64,000 nucleotides of DNA, taken from the NCBI GenBank assembly GCA_036149055.1, contig JAYZQJ010000182.1, positions 48,703-112,702 of the forward strand, in the 5' to 3' direction. A program made the translations under genes and the position numbers. Positions 52,737 through 63,306 of this stretch are shown here, in pieces; position 1 is the stretch's first letter; every line of letters starts with the position of its first letter. The notes under the pieces are model-generated. The model was not told the DNA's origin, did no database searches, and saw only the letters and a program-made list of their open reading frames with translations. The DNA comes from Myxococcota bacterium (GTDB lineage: Bacteria; Myxococcota_A; Polyangia; Polyangiales; Sandaracinaceae).

Positions 52737-53374
52737 GCCCGCGCCTCCGCGTCCGCCCAGACGGAGAGGAGGAAGACGCTCGCGCCGCTCAGCTCCAGGG
52801 TCTCCTCGACCCAATCGATCAGGCCGTAGCCCAGGTTGTCGTCGCCGTGATGGTCGGTCCACCACCCGAGCGGCAGCTCCATGCCGAGCGCGCCGCCGAC
52901 GTAGAGCGCGGCCGAGACCACGAGCCTCCGGCGCAGCGGGGCGGGCAGGCGGAGGATCCACGGGCCGAGCCAGATGGCGAGCAGGGCCACCACCGCCGCG
53001 GCCGGGATCACCCAGGAGAAGTAGAGCACCCCGCGGGTGGCGAAGAAGGCCGCGTGCTCGTGGATCTGAACCGCCTCGTCGAGCGAGACGTAGAGGAAGA
53101 GGACGGCGAGCACCGTCCAGCGGCGATCGCCGCGCTGGCTCCGGAGCGCCAGGCAGCCGAGGGCACAGAAGGCGAGCAGCACGCTGACGTACCAGGTCGG
53201 CACGTTCTCCTCGTAGCTGAGCGAGAAGAGCTCCACCCAGCCCTCGGGCGCGCCGAAGACGTACTCCCCGAGCTCGGCCGCGAGCCCCAGGGCCGACACG
53301 AGCGCGGTCGCCGAGACCACCCCCCGGGCGGCCCGACGCGCCGACCCGTCGGGGAGCTGGAGCGCCTCCGCCAT
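52733..53374 (-). CDS. membrane protein
   Basis: E.NVPTWY, SLDE..QIHE, EE.LE motifs; several TM segments. Confidence 0.7.
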   Translation of the reverse strand: MAEALQLPDGSARRAARGVVSATALVSALGLAAELGEYVFGAPEGWVELFSLSYEENVPTWYVSVLLAFCALGCLALRSQRGDRRWTVLAVLFLYVSLDEAVQIHEHAAFFATRGVLYFSWVIPAAAVVALLAIWLGPWILRLPAPLRRRLVVSAALYVGGALGMELPLGWWTDHHGDDNLGYGLIDWVEETLELSGASVFLLSVWADAEARA

Positions 53375-53931
53375 CAGAACTGGAAGGTCACCCCGAACGC
53401 CACGTACGGAGAGCCCACGCGGAGCGTCAGCAGGACGTTCTCGTTGATGTGGAAGCTGCCCCCCGCGGCGGCCACGAACCAGTAGCCGCCCTCGTAGACG
53501 TCATAGGGGTCCCCACGGAAGAAGCGGGGGTGGAAGAAGACCTGGCCGCCGACCTCGATGAACGCCGACCAGCGCTCGTCGAAGTAGAACTCCCAGTGCA
53601 ACGTCACCGGGAGGCCCAGACCCGCGTGGTAGTCCCAGTCGGACCCGTTGCGGCGCCAGCGCACCCAGTAGAAGTCGGCGCCGAAGTTCAGGTACACGGC
53701 GTTGTTGATCGAAGGGATGAACCCGTTCTCGAGGATCGGGAACCCGAAGCGCACGCCGGTGGCCGCCCCCCACCCCCACCACGAGAGGCCCCCGTGGAAG
53801 TCGAGCTGCACGGGGCGGCTCCCGGTGTGGGGGCGCCGGATGTCCACCGAGCCCTGCGCGTCCGCGGCGGCGGTCACGCCGAGCAGGGCGCAGAAGGTGA
53901 GAGCGGCGGCGAGACGGGTGAGGGCGGACAT
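53374..53931 (-). CDS. small outer-membrane beta-barrel protein
   Basis: signal ADA-Q; aromatic beta-strands; ends GVTFQF. Confidence 0.7.
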   Translation of the reverse strand: MSALTRLAAALTFCALLGVTAAADAQGSVDIRRPHTGSRPVQLDFHGGLSWWGWGAATGVRFGFPILENGFIPSINNAVYLNFGADFYWVRWRRNGSDWDYHAGLGLPVTLHWEFYFDERWSAFIEVGGQVFFHPRFFRGDPYDVYEGGYWFVAAAGGSFHINENVLLTLRVGSPYVAFGVTFQF

Positions 53932-54006
53932 CGAGACTCCATGTTCGGTGACCAAGCAGCGTATACAAACAGCTTTATACAGTGTGCCTCACCGACGTTG
54001 GCGTCC

Positions 54007-54333
54007 TCAAGGCCATTCACACACCGTGTCCCCGTGCTCGCAGCTCTGTCCGACGGCGCAATCCTCGTCGACCTCGCAGCGGAAGAAGCAGACGTCGTGC
54101 TCGCAGGCCATGAACGAAGGGCAGTCCAGGTCGTCCCGGCACGGGACCGTGCACATCCCTCCGCCACAATTGGCGTCCTCGGTGCAGCAGTAGCCGTCGG
54201 CGCAGTCCCCGTCCGAGACGCAGGTCGCGCCCACGTCCCCGCCGCACGCGAGGGGATCGAAGCGGCAGCCTTCCGACGCGCTGCAGCCGTGCGCCGCCAG
54301 CGCGAGCCCGATGATCCAGAGCGTCGCCCTCAT
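54007..54333 (-). CDS. small Cys-rich lipoprotein
   Basis: lipobox AHGC; three C..D.DC repeats; GGAGGAG SD. Confidence 0.75.
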   Translation of the reverse strand: MRATLWIIGLALAAHGCSASEGCRFDPLACGGDVGATCVSDGDCADGYCCTEDANCGGGMCTVPCRDDLDCPSFMACEHDVCFFRCEVDEDCAVGQSCEHGDTVCEWP

Positions 54334-54346
54334 GGTGTCTCCTCCC

Positions 54347-55624
54347 TCACTCCAGCCCCGGCACCGGCATCGGCTCGGCGCGGTCGCCGCCAGGGGTGCC
54401 GAGCTGGCCCTTGTTGTTTCGGCCCCAGCAGAGCACCGCGCCCTCGACCACCGCGCACGCGTGCTGGTCGCCGACCGCGAGATCACTGGCCGCGCCGAGC
54501 CCGGTGACCGCGACGGGGAGCGCGCTCGAGCCGTCCGAGGTGCCCGGGCCGAGCTGGTCCTTGTCGTTCTTGCCCCAGCAGCTCACGCCGCCGCCAGACC
54601 GGAGGGCGCAGGTGAAGGCGAGACCGCCGTGCACCTGGATCGCGTCGGTGAGGCCGGTCACCGGGACCGGGGTCGACGCGCTCGAGCTGCCCCCGTTGCC
54701 CAGCCGGCCGTCGCCTCCGGCACCCCAGCAGCTCGTGCCCGCGGCGTGCACCGCGCAGGTGTGCAGCGCGCCGGCGCCGATCGCGGTGGCTCCGGCGATC
54801 GCGAGCGCCGGCTCCGGCTCCGGACGCCCCGCGCTCTCGCCGTCGCCGAGCTGCCCCTCGGCGTTGCCTCCCCAGCACAGCACGCGGCCGCCGGAGAGGG
54901 CGCACGTGTGGAGGTCTCCGGCCGCCATCCGGGTGACCCCGCTCTCGATCGAGATGGCCTCGTGGGTCGACCGGTCGCCGCCGCCCGAGCCGAGCTGGCC
55001 CTCTCCGTTGCTGCCCGCGCAGCTGGCCACCCCGGCGACGGAGACGAAGCAGCCGTGCGATCGGCCCCCGGTGGCCCGGGTGGCGCCGCCGGCGATGAGC
55101 ACCGGGTCGACGCGGTCGGACTCGGTGCCGTCGCCGAGCTGCCCGGCGCCGTTGGCACCCCAGCAGTACAGCTCGCCCCCGCCCAGGACCGCGCAGGTGA
55201 AGCCGGCGCCGGCCCCGATCTCCGCCGCGGGGCCGGGGAGCGTCACCTGGCGGGGATCGTCGCGGAAGCCGCCGGAGCTGCCGTCACCGAGCTGGCCGCT
55301 GGCGTCGTCTCCCCAGCAGAACACGGCGCCGTCGGAGCGGAGCGCGCAGGTGTGAGCGGCGCCGGCCGCGACCGCGACCACCTCCGTGACCACGCCGCCG
55401 TCGTCCGTCGGCCGCCCGCCGTCGCCCGGGGGAGGGCCGCCGTCGCGCGCGAGGCCGCCGTCGTCGTCACCTCCGCCGTCGCCCCGCGGGGTGAGGCCGC
55501 CGTCGTCCGAGGGGCGCGCGTCGGGGGCGATGGCCGCGTCACCGACCGGCTCGCGGAGCCCCGACTTGTCGAGCCCACAGCCGCAGCTCGCGATGACCCA
55601 CACGAGAATGATCGTTCGAAGCAA
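54347..55624 (-). CDS. RCC1-repeat beta-propeller lipoprotein
   Basis: about 7 repeats of G..HTCA....G.V.CWG.N..GQLG; TTG start. Confidence 0.88.
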   Translation of the reverse strand: MLRTIILVWVIASCGCGLDKSGLREPVGDAAIAPDARPSDDGGLTPRGDGGGDDDGGLARDGGPPPGDGGRPTDDGGVVTEVVAVAAGAAHTCALRSDGAVFCWGDDASGQLGDGSSGGFRDDPRQVTLPGPAAEIGAGAGFTCAVLGGGELYCWGANGAGQLGDGTESDRVDPVLIAGGATRATGGRSHGCFVSVAGVASCAGSNGEGQLGSGGGDRSTHEAISIESGVTRMAAGDLHTCALSGGRVLCWGGNAEGQLGDGESAGRPEPEPALAIAGATAIGAGALHTCAVHAAGTSCWGAGGDGRLGNGGSSSASTPVPVTGLTDAIQVHGGLAFTCALRSGGGVSCWGKNDKDQLGPGTSDGSSALPVAVTGLGAASDLAVGDQHACAVVEGAVLCWGRNNKGQLGTPGGDRAEPMPVPGLE

Positions 55625-55635
55625 GCGAAGCCCCC

Positions 55636-57645
55636 TCAGATGATGATGCAGTCCTCGTCGTCGCCGTCGGCGGCGCCGTCGCAGTCGTCGTCGATGCCGT
55701 TCGTGCAGTCCTCGACCGGCTCGCACCCGCAGCCCTCGTCGGCCACGCCGTCGCAGTCGTCGTCGACGCCGTTGTCGCAGATCTCCTCGCGCGGCACGCA
55801 GCACATCTCGTCGACGATGCCGTCACAGTCGTTGTCGAGCCCATCGCAGATCTCGACCGTGGACGGACACTCGTCTTCGTCGGCGAGCGCCCAGAACGCG
55901 CGGTGATTCCCCTCGTCGAGCTGCTGGAAGGGCATCCAGAACGCCGCGAAGCTGGGGTCGGCGCCGAGCTCGGCCCGGGCGGGGTCGATCGCCGCGCCCC
56001 AGAGCTGGTCGCGGTCGGCGCCCTCGAGGATCCAGCCGTAGTCGCGCAGCGACGAGAACGCGAGCCAGAAGACGTCCGGCGTGGTGCTCGGCGCCCAGGT
56101 GGGCATCGAGTTGCCGAGGTCGATCACGCCCTCGAGATCGCGCACCCGCTGGTTGAGGATCGGCATCTCGATCGGGGGCCGGCTCCCGTCGGCCCGCACG
56201 AGCAGGAGCCGGGAGGTCTCGTTGTCCTTCGACTTCCCCTCCGCGCGCACGTAGGCGATCCAGCGGCTGTCCGGCGAGTAGCTCGGGAAGAACAAGGTGT
56301 CGTCGCCGCCCTCGCTCGCGACCAGGACCTCGGGCGTCCCCAGCGCGTCGCCGGGCAGGACCGGGATGCGGGCGAGGCTGCTGCCGGTGACGTCCTTGTT
56401 GCCCGGCGCGCGACCGGTGGTGAGGGCCACCGCGATCCAGGCGCCGTCGGGCGACCAGTCGGGGTGGGTGGCGTACGTCCCCTCGGGCAGCGCGACCTCT
56501 CGGATCACCGCGCCGGTCTCCGCGTCGAGCAGGGTGAGCGCGCCATCGTTCGCGTAGAGGAGCCGGGTCGCCCCCGGGTTGAAGGTCCCCCAGCCGTAGT
56601 CCGGGCCGCGCTCGGACGGATCGGCCGGGATGCGCACCTCGCGCTCCGGGATGGTGACCTCCCGGAGGCGCTCGCCGCCGTACGCGACGGCGAGGCGGCG
56701 CCCGTCCCGCGAGACCGTGTGGCAGGAGACGCACTCCCGGTCGCGCGCGTTCGGGTCGTCGTAGAAGAGCTCGGCGGTCGGCGCCGAGATGTGCGCGCGC
56801 ATCACTCCCTGCGCGCCGGTGCTCCAGTAGTAGAGGGCCCCGAGCACCTCCGAGGCGCTGTAGAGCTCGGTGAGGGTCTGCGAGCGGTGAATGGGGGTGG
56901 GCTCGCTCCGCGCCACTCCGCGCACGCTGACCTCCACCGAGCCGCCGGCGTGGGTGTCGGCCAGCCAGCGCCAGCCGACCGGATCGATCGGGAGCTGGGG
57001 CTCGGTCACGTAGTAGCGGAGGCGCGCGACGTCGCTGTCGAAGCGGACCTCGAACAGGTCGAGGCCCCCCGGCGCGACCCACTGATGGGTGATGCGCTCG
57101 AGGTTGCGCGGCAGCATCGTTCCGTCGCTCGGGTAGACGATCGAGAACGCCGGATCGCCGGTGACGTCGCCGGCCGGATCGGGCGCGAAGAGGTCCGGCG
57201 CGTCGGCGGGGACGCCGTCGCCGATCACCACCGCCTCGAGCACGACGGTGAGCGCGGCCTCGCCGTCCAGCTCGCCGACGCTCGCCACGACCCGGGCGCG
57301 GCCGCCGATCCCGGCGGAGAGGAAGGCCCCCGCGTCGAGGACGCCGAGCTCGGCGCGCGAGAGCGACCAGTCGACCCGGTCGGTGACGTCGACCTCCTCG
57401 CCGTCGATGACGCCGAGCGCGCGGAACGACGCGGCCTCTCCGGGCGCGACGCCGTCGTCGGTGAGGGTGAGCTCGGCCGGCTCCACCCGGAGCGCGGTGA
57501 GCCCGGGGATGGAGGCGTCGGCCGCCGAGGCCGCGTCGAAGCCGCCGTCGGTCTCCCCCACCACCCCGGGCGCGGTGCAGCCGAGCGTCGCCCAGGCGAG
57601 GACCGAGACGATGGCGAGCCTCCTCGTGCAGGCTTCACTCGGCAT
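55636..57645 (-). CDS. lipoprotein with Ig-like domain, TolB-like (PD40) propeller and C-terminal Cys/Asp repeats
   Basis: lipobox [40 protein letters not shown] repeats. Confidence 0.8.
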   Translation of the reverse strand: MPSEACTRRLAIVSVLAWATLGCTAPGVVGETDGGFDAASAADASIPGLTALRVEPAELTLTDDGVAPGEAASFRALGVIDGEEVDVTDRVDWSLSRAELGVLDAGAFLSAGIGGRARVVASVGELDGEAALTVVLEAVVIGDGVPADAPDLFAPDPAGDVTGDPAFSIVYPSDGTMLPRNLERITHQWVAPGGLDLFEVRFDSDVARLRYYVTEPQLPIDPVGWRWLADTHAGGSVEVSVRGVARSEPTPIHRSQTLTELYSASEVLGALYYWSTGAQGVMRAHISAPTAELFYDDPNARDRECVSCHTVSRDGRRLAVAYGGERLREVTIPEREVRIPADPSERGPDYGWGTFNPGATRLLYANDGALTLLDAETGAVIREVALPEGTYATHPDWSPDGAWIAVALTTGRAPGNKDVTGSSLARIPVLPGDALGTPEVLVASEGGDDTLFFPSYSPDSRWIAYVRAEGKSKDNETSRLLLVRADGSRPPIEMPILNQRVRDLEGVIDLGNSMPTWAPSTTPDVFWLAFSSLRDYGWILEGADRDQLWGAAIDPARAELGADPSFAAFWMPFQQLDEGNHRAFWALADEDECPSTVEICDGLDNDCDGIVDEMCCVPREEICDNGVDDDCDGVADEGCGCEPVEDCTNGIDDDCDGAADGDDEDCIII

Positions 57646-58468
57646 CGATCGCCCTCCGGACCCGCTCGCTGAAGGTGCCCGCGGGGTGCGCGCGCAGGAA
57701 ACGTCGACCACGGGCGACGGCCGCGGCGTCCCGGCCGAGCGCCGCGAGGGAGAGCACCTCGAGCGCGTCGCGCTCCTCGGTGAAGAGGCCGCGCGGGAAG
57801 CGGCGGCGGTGCTCGGAGGTCGCCGCGAGCGTCGCGGTCGGGTTCGAGGCCAGGCTGCCTCGGGCGCGGGCGATGAGGCGCATCTCTTCCTGGAGGGAGT
57901 CCGCGGCGGGCGGGCGCTCGGCGCGGCGGGTGGGGCGCGTGGAGGCGGGCTCCGGGGCCGACGCCGAGTCCGACGCCGAGTCCGAGTCCGAGTCCGACTC
58001 CGACGCCGACTCCGACTCCGAGTCCGACTCCGACTCCGACGCCGACTCCGACGCCGACTCCGACGCCGACTCCGAGTCCGATCCCGACGCCGAGTCCGAC
58101 GCCGAGTCCGACGCCGACGCCGAGTCCGATCCCGACGCCGAGTCCAGAGCCGGGTCCGGGTTCGGAGGCGGGTTTGGAGCCGGGTCCGGGTCCGACTCGG
58201 TGGAGGCGGGGGGGGTGGGCGGTGTCGGGTCGTCGGAGGCGGACCAGAGGAGCGCGCCAGCGACGAGGGCGACCGCGATCGCGCCGCCGATCCACGGGAG
58301 CGCCGAGCTGGCGATGCCCCCCGCGGCGCCGCTCTGGATGGCGGCGTCGAGGCGCGCGGCCCCCGCGGAGAGATCGAGCGGCGGGGAGAGCTCGGCCGCC
58401 TGGGCCAGCTCCTCGCGAAGGGCGCTCGAGACCTCGGGGTCGTCGATCAGACGAACGGGCTCATCCAT
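57635..58468 (-). CDS. probable transmembrane anti-sigma factor with Ser-Asp/Glu/Ala linker and C-terminal TPR-like domain
   Basis: overlaps the ECF gene; single TM; EE..LI..AR..L......H.RRFPRG. Confidence 0.7.
   Translation of the reverse strand: MDEPVRLIDDPEVSSALREELAQAAELSPPLDLSAGAARLDAAIQSGAAGGIASSALPWIGGAIAVALVAGALLWSASDDPTPPTPPASTESDPDPAPNPPPNPDPALDSASGSDSASASDSASDSASGSDSESASESASESASESESDSESESASESDSDSDSASDSASAPEPASTRPTRRAERPPAADSLQEEMRLIARARGSLASNPTATLAATSEHRRRFPRGLFTEERDALEVLSLAALGRDAAAVARGRRFLRAHPAGTFSERVRRAIDAE
57956..58145. repeat. hexamer microsatellite ([GT]CCGA[CG])n encoding (Ser-X)n
   Basis: about 30 tandem hexamers. Confidence 0.9.
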
Positions 58469-58982
58469 GGGGATCCCCTTCGAGCGCCGCGTAGGCCTGC
58501 TTGAACCGCGCCCGCGCGGTGTGGAGACGCCGGTGCACCGTGCCCACCGGGACGCCGAGCGCCGCGGCGATGTCGGCGCACTTCTCCCCCTCGAGCTCGA
58601 AGAGGACGAAGACGGCGCGATGATCGAGGTCCAGCCCTTCGAGGCAGCGCTGGACGCGCTCGAGCGCGCGGCGGGCCCGCAGCTCTCGCTCGGGATCCCG
58701 CTCCGAGAGCGCCTCGCGGGAGAGGTCGCCCGAGGGCTCGGCCGGCCGGCGGCGCGCGGTCCGCTTGCGGTTGGACCAGACGCGCAGCGCGATCTCCGCC
58801 AGCCAGGTGGTCGCTTTGGCGACACCGGGGGTGAAGCCCCCCCTCCGGTGCGCCACCACGAACACGTCCTGGACCACGTCTTCCATGTCTTCCCGCGGAA
58901 CCCCCAACCGGAGCAGGAACCCAGCCACGAAAGAGGCGTGAGCGCGGTAGAGCTCCCCCGCCGTCTGTCGTCCCTCGCTCAA
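58461..58982 (-). CDS. ECF RNA polymerase sigma factor
   Basis: [23 protein letters not shown]...[16 protein letters not shown]. Confidence 0.92.
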   Translation of the reverse strand: MSEGRQTAGELYRAHASFVAGFLLRLGVPREDMEDVVQDVFVVAHRRGGFTPGVAKATTWLAEIALRVWSNRKRTARRRPAEPSGDLSREALSERDPERELRARRALERVQRCLEGLDLDHRAVFVLFELEGEKCADIAAALGVPVGTVHRRLHTARARFKQAYAALEGDPHG

Positions 58983-59046
58983 GAGATTCCCCGCTCCATG
59001 TCCGCCGGTCGGCGATCCTTCACGCCGCCCCTCGATTTTCTCGCGA

Positions 59047-60003
59047 TCAGAATCCCAGCACGACCCCGAGGGACGCCAGCCCCCCGCCCAGGGGCAGGGT
59101 CGCCGACTGGGACGCCGCGCCGGTCGACGCGTCGATGACGTCGAACCGGGGCCGGAGGAGCGCGATCCAGCCGTCGGCCGAGAGCTCGAGCGCCAGCCAG
59201 TCCGTCAGCGGCAGCCCGAGCGCCGCCCGGGCGAGCAGCCCCACGAACGGGACCCGCGCCTCGCGCGCGCCCGGCACACCCTCCCCGGCGCCCAGGGCCA
59301 CCCCGGCCGCCGCCCCGCCGCAGCCCCGGAGATAGATCGCGCCGATCGGCCGACGCACGCAGGCGTCCAGCCGCCCCCCCGCGAGCTGCGCGCTCACCCT
59401 CCCCTCGGCGAGCGCCGCCCCGGAGACCGAGGTGACCCACGCCGAGAGCGCCAGCTCGAACGCGTCCGCGATCACCAGCCGAGGGCCGACCTGCCAGGCG
59501 CCCGCGACCTCGGGCAGCACCTCGAAGAGCGCCTGCCCCTCCGCGGCCAGCTCCAGGCGGACGATGGGCGGCGCAGGCGGCGGCGCAGGCGACGGCGACG
59601 CGGGGGGCGGCGACGCGGGGGGCGGCGCGTCGGCGGACGGGGGCGCGTCGGCTCGCAGCGACTCGAGGAGCGCGGCGTCGACGGCGAGCGCCACCGCGAG
59701 CGCGACCACCGCGCGCCGATCGGCGCAGGACGCCGGCAGGCGATCGAAGGTGCGCGAGGCGGAGGGTCGACCGTCGTGGAGCACGACGAAGCGCGCGCCG
59801 GGCCCGGACTCCTCGATCAGCACCCCGAGCCGGGCGTCGATCGCGTCCCGCTCGAGCCAGGTCCGCAGGTGCGGGAGCAGGCCGTCGGCGGTCAGACACT
59901 CGCCCTCGCGCGCGACCGAGACCGCCTCCGACAGGGGCCGGTCGTCGGCGGCGGCGGGGGCGGTGAGCGCCCAGAGGACGATGACGCAGGCGACGCGGCG
60001 CAC
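59047..60003 (-). CDS. secreted hypothetical protein with beta-rich C-terminus
   Basis: signal peptide; Pro-rich linker; ends LGVVLGF; precedes the ECF gene. Confidence 0.65.
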   Translation of the reverse strand: MRRVACVIVLWALTAPAAADDRPLSEAVSVAREGECLTADGLLPHLRTWLERDAIDARLGVLIEESGPGARFVVLHDGRPSASRTFDRLPASCADRRAVVALAVALAVDAALLESLRADAPPSADAPPPASPPPASPSPAPPPAPPIVRLELAAEGQALFEVLPEVAGAWQVGPRLVIADAFELALSAWVTSVSGAALAEGRVSAQLAGGRLDACVRRPIGAIYLRGCGGAAAGVALGAGEGVPGAREARVPFVGLLARAALGLPLTDWLALELSADGWIALLRPRFDVIDASTGAASQSATLPLGGGLASLGVVLGF

Positions 60004-60065
60004 CCCCTCATCCTCGCACGAGGGCGCTCGAAGCGGCGCCTTCTCGATGGTAGACGACGAGGGCC

Positions 60066-60470
60066 ATGGCCTTCGTTCACCCCATGCAGGTGCGCTTCGC
60101 GGACACGGACGCGCAGGGGCACATGTACTTCGCGAACTACCTGACCTTCTGCGACGAGGCCCTCGCCGCCTACATGCGTCACATCGGCGTGCCCTGGCAG
60201 GCCCTCGTCGCGTCGGGCGTGGACATGTTCTACCGGGGCGCGACCTGCGACTACCGGGGCAGCGCGCGCTTCGAGGACGTCGTCGAGATCGAGACGCGCG
60301 TCTCCCGCATCGGCGAGAGCAGCGTGACCTCGTCCTACGAGATGCGCGGCGCGGACGGCGCGGTGATCGCGACCGCCGAGCTCACCAGCGTCTGCGTCGA
60401 CCCGAAGACCCGCGAGAAGGTGCGCGTGCCCGAGGCGCTGCGCGACGCGGTGGCGATGCACGAGGGTTGA
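60066..60470 (+). CDS. acyl-CoA thioesterase (4HBT/YbgC-like hotdog fold)
   Basis: VRFADTDAQGHMYFANY. Confidence 0.9.
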   Translation: MAFVHPMQVRFADTDAQGHMYFANYLTFCDEALAAYMRHIGVPWQALVASGVDMFYRGATCDYRGSARFEDVVEIETRVSRIGESSVTSSYEMRGADGAVIATAELTSVCVDPKTREKVRVPEALRDAVAMHEG

Positions 60471-60513
60471 GCCTCCCAAAGCTTTTCGGCCGGCCGCGCG
60501 TCGGAGGGAGACC

Positions 60514-61845
60514 ATGGACGTCTCCCTCATCCTCACCCACCGCTGCAACCTCGCCTGCGGCTACTGCTACGCCGGCGAGCACCACAAGACCGACATCGAC
60601 GAGGGCGTGCTCCGCCGCGGGGTCGAGCTGCTCTTCTCGGACGGCGCCGAGCGGGCCCAGCTGTCGTTCTTCGGCGGCGAGCCCTTCCTCGCCTTCGAGA
60701 CGATGCAGCGCGCGACGCTGCTCGCCGAGGCGAAGGCGGCGGAGCTCGGGCGGCAGCTGACGATCCAGTGCACCACCAACGGCAGCCTCCTGAAGCCCGA
60801 GCACGTGGCCTTCATCCGCGCCCACGACGTGCGGGTCACCGTGTCGATCGACGGGGTGCGCGAGGCCCACGACCACAACCGGCCGTGCGCGGGCGGCAAG
60901 CCGAGCTTCGATCAGGTCCACGGGGGGCTGCGGCGCCTGCTCGACGCCGGCGTGCCCTGCGACGCGATGATGGTCATCACCCCGGAGACGGCCAGCTACG
61001 CCTACCTCTCCTGCAACTTCCTCTGGAGCGAGGGGGTGCAGCGCGTGCGCGCCAACCTCGCGCTCGACCAGGGCTGGACCGACGAGGCGCGCCGGGAGCT
61101 GCGGGAGCAGCTGGTCTCGATCGGCTGGGAGATGCTCGCCCGGCGGCTGCGCGGCGAGGAGGTCTGGTTCCACCCCTTCGAGGCGGGCATGCGCGAGCTC
61201 GAGGTGAGCCTCTCGGCGGCGCCCTCCGCGCCCCGCGCCAAGCTGGTCGTCGGCACCTCTGGCCACCTCTATCCCTGCGCGCCGATGGTCGGCGAGGACC
61301 GCGACGCCGGCCCCGAGGCGCGGCTCCGGCTCGGTCACCTCGACGACGGCCCGGCGCAGATCCTCGAGGCGGTGCGCGCCCGGGGCGTCGCCTGCGAGAA
61401 GGGCAAGGGCTGCCAGTGCGCCGCCTACCTCGAGACCGGCGACCGCTACACGCCCGGTCGGGTGGGCCGCTGGTACGGCCAGGTCTGCCGCGAGATCGGG
61501 CGCACCGTCGCCGAGGCCCTCGCGCGGACGCCCACCGAGCGACCGAAGCGCCCCCGGCGCCGAGGCGTGCTGCTCGGCCTGGCGGCGATCGTCGGCGGCG
61601 CCGCCGTCGCCGCGCCGCTGCTCGGCCCGCTGTTCCGGGACGACGCCCCGGCGCCGTGCTCGCTCCGGAACCAGAAGGACTTCGGGCTCAGCCCGCCCGG
61701 AGCGATCGCCGTGCCCGAGGACATCATGCCGGCGGGCGGGCTGATGCCGCCGGAGCCCGAGGTGCCGGAGCCCGAGGTGATCATCGACGGGGAGATGCCG
61801 GTGTGGGAGCCGGAGCCCCTCGGCGACCTCGCCGAGCCGGAGTGA
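60514..61845 (+). CDS. radical SAM protein with Cys-rich auxiliary region, TM segment and Pro/Glu-rich tail
   Basis: CNLACGYC, FFGGEP, TTNG, VSIDG, YPC...C....CQC...C. Confidence 0.88.
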   Translation: MDVSLILTHRCNLACGYCYAGEHHKTDIDEGVLRRGVELLFSDGAERAQLSFFGGEPFLAFETMQRATLLAEAKAAELGRQLTIQCTTNGSLLKPEHVAFIRAHDVRVTVSIDGVREAHDHNRPCAGGKPSFDQVHGGLRRLLDAGVPCDAMMVITPETASYAYLSCNFLWSEGVQRVRANLALDQGWTDEARRELREQLVSIGWEMLARRLRGEEVWFHPFEAGMRELEVSLSAAPSAPRAKLVVGTSGHLYPCAPMVGEDRDAGPEARLRLGHLDDGPAQILEAVRARGVACEKGKGCQCAAYLETGDRYTPGRVGRWYGQVCREIGRTVAEALARTPTERPKRPRRRGVLLGLAAIVGGAAVAAPLLGPLFRDDAPAPCSLRNQKDFGLSPPGAIAVPEDIMPAGGLMPPEPEVPEPEVIIDGEMPVWEPEPLGDLAEPE

Positions 61846-62838
61846 CCGGACGGAGCCGCAGCTCCACCCACACCGGCCAGTGATCGGAGAGCGGCGCGGC
61901 CGCGTCGAACGCCTGGTCCACCCCCCAGTCCTCGACCAGCAGGTTGCCCTCGGGCGCGGCGACGACCACCCGATCGTAAGGACAGGCGGAGTCGGCGACG
62001 TTGGTGTCGGCGGAGTGCGGCACGACCCAGTTTCCGGAGGGGGCATGCGCCCCCTCCCGCCCGACCGGCAAAGCCGGCTCGGGCTCCCACCCCATCTCAC
62101 GCGCTCACGCGCGTGGAAGCTGCGGCAATATTTGCCGCATCTTCAGTCGTAGGCCTCGCCGTGGATCGGCAGCGCGTCGAGGTCCGCCTCGGAGGCGTAG
62201 CCGCAGCCCGCGTTGAAGTCGCCGAGCGCGACGAACACCCGCTCCTCCGAGAAGCGCGCCCGCGCCCAGCGGAACACGTGCTCCATGGCCGCGATCTCGC
62301 GGACCGCCCGCCGCGGCGGCGTGTGCACGTTGATGAGCACCAGCGAGGCGTCGGTGCCGACGACGCCGAAGCGGCTCAGGAAGGGCTCGCGCTGGAAGTG
62401 ATCCTCGGCGGCGTCGTCGTAGAGCGTCGGCGTGCCCACGACGCGCAGGCGGTCCGTCCGGTAGAGGTAGGCGTACTGCTCCTGCGACGAGCGGTCGTCG
62501 GGCTCGCGCCCGGTGCGATCCGAGAGCGCCATCGCGTAGCGCGCGCCGGGCTCGGCGTTGACCGCCTCGAGCAGGCGCGCCGGCGCCCGGCCGGACACGT
62601 CCCGGATCTCTTGCACGGCGACGAGGTCGTACCGCCGCACGATCGCCGCCACCGCGCGGAGCCACTCCGGCCGGCCCGCCTTGGCCGGCCCGAAGACCTG
62701 GAGGTTGAAGGTGGCGAGCCGCAGCCGGGCGGCCGCCGCGGGGCGGGGCGGAGCCTCGGGAGGCGGCGCGGACGCGCAGCCCAGCAGCAGCAGCAGGGCC
62801 GCGAGCACGGAGGCGCGACGGATCACGCGGTCGAGCAT
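61781..62838 (-). pseudogene. DNase I-like (EEP) lipoprotein gene interrupted by an insertion
   Basis: 5' part has TFNLQVFG, VQEIRD, EQYAYLY, F.REPF, H, GDFNAGC.Y, then TGA; 3' part has WVVPHSADT..CPYDR..SDHWPV in another frame. Confidence 0.85.
62032..62143. mobile_element. 112-bp multi-hairpin insertion flanked by CAGT direct repeats
   Basis: CAGT at 62028-62031 and 62144-62147; removing 116 bp restores ...AYD-WVVP... Confidence 0.7.
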
Positions 62839-62874
62839 GCCCAAGATCGGCCGCGCGCGCAGGGTCGAGCGCGC

Positions 62875-63306
62875 ATGAAGAGATGGAAGACGACTTGGGG
62901 CGCCGCGCTGGCCCTGCTCACCAGCTGCGCCGCCGACGTGCGAGGCGCGGTGATCGACGACGCGCCGCCCGCGAGCCGCGCCGAGGAAGTGTTCGTCGTG
63001 CTCGAAGGCGAGGTCCCCGTGCGCGCGGCCACCCTCCGGGTGGACGGCGAGGACTGGGGCCGCTTCGAGGCGACCGCGCCGGCCGAGCGAGTGCTGCTCG
63101 CGGCGAGGCCCCAGGCGGGCGATCTGACGCGCGCGGGGGAGTGGGTCCGGTTTTTGGAGCGCGACCTGCCTCCGGGCGGGCACGTGCTCGAGGTCGTCGA
63201 GGTCGAGACGGCGGAAGGCGCGCGCCGGATGAACGCGCACGTGCCCTTCGTGGTCGAGCCGGGTCACCACACCAGCTACGCCGGCGCGGTCGCGGTGACG
63301 CCATGA
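62875..63306 (+). CDS. hypothetical lipoprotein
   Basis: lipobox LTSC. Confidence 0.65.
   Translation: MKRWKTTWGAALALLTSCAADVRGAVIDDAPPASRAEEVFVVLEGEVPVRAATLRVDGEDWGRFEATAPAERVLLAARPQAGDLTRAGEWVRFLERDLPPGGHVLEVVEVETAEGARRMNAHVPFVVEPGHHTSYAGAVAVTP

Noticed and set aside
62032..62143. tRNA in the hairpin-rich insert
   Set aside because: No T-loop (TTCRA), D-loop or CCA end
62115..62145. UGA followed by a hairpin as a selenocysteine/readthrough signal
   Set aside because: Homology resumes 116 nt later in another frame, and the UGA is created by the insertion junction
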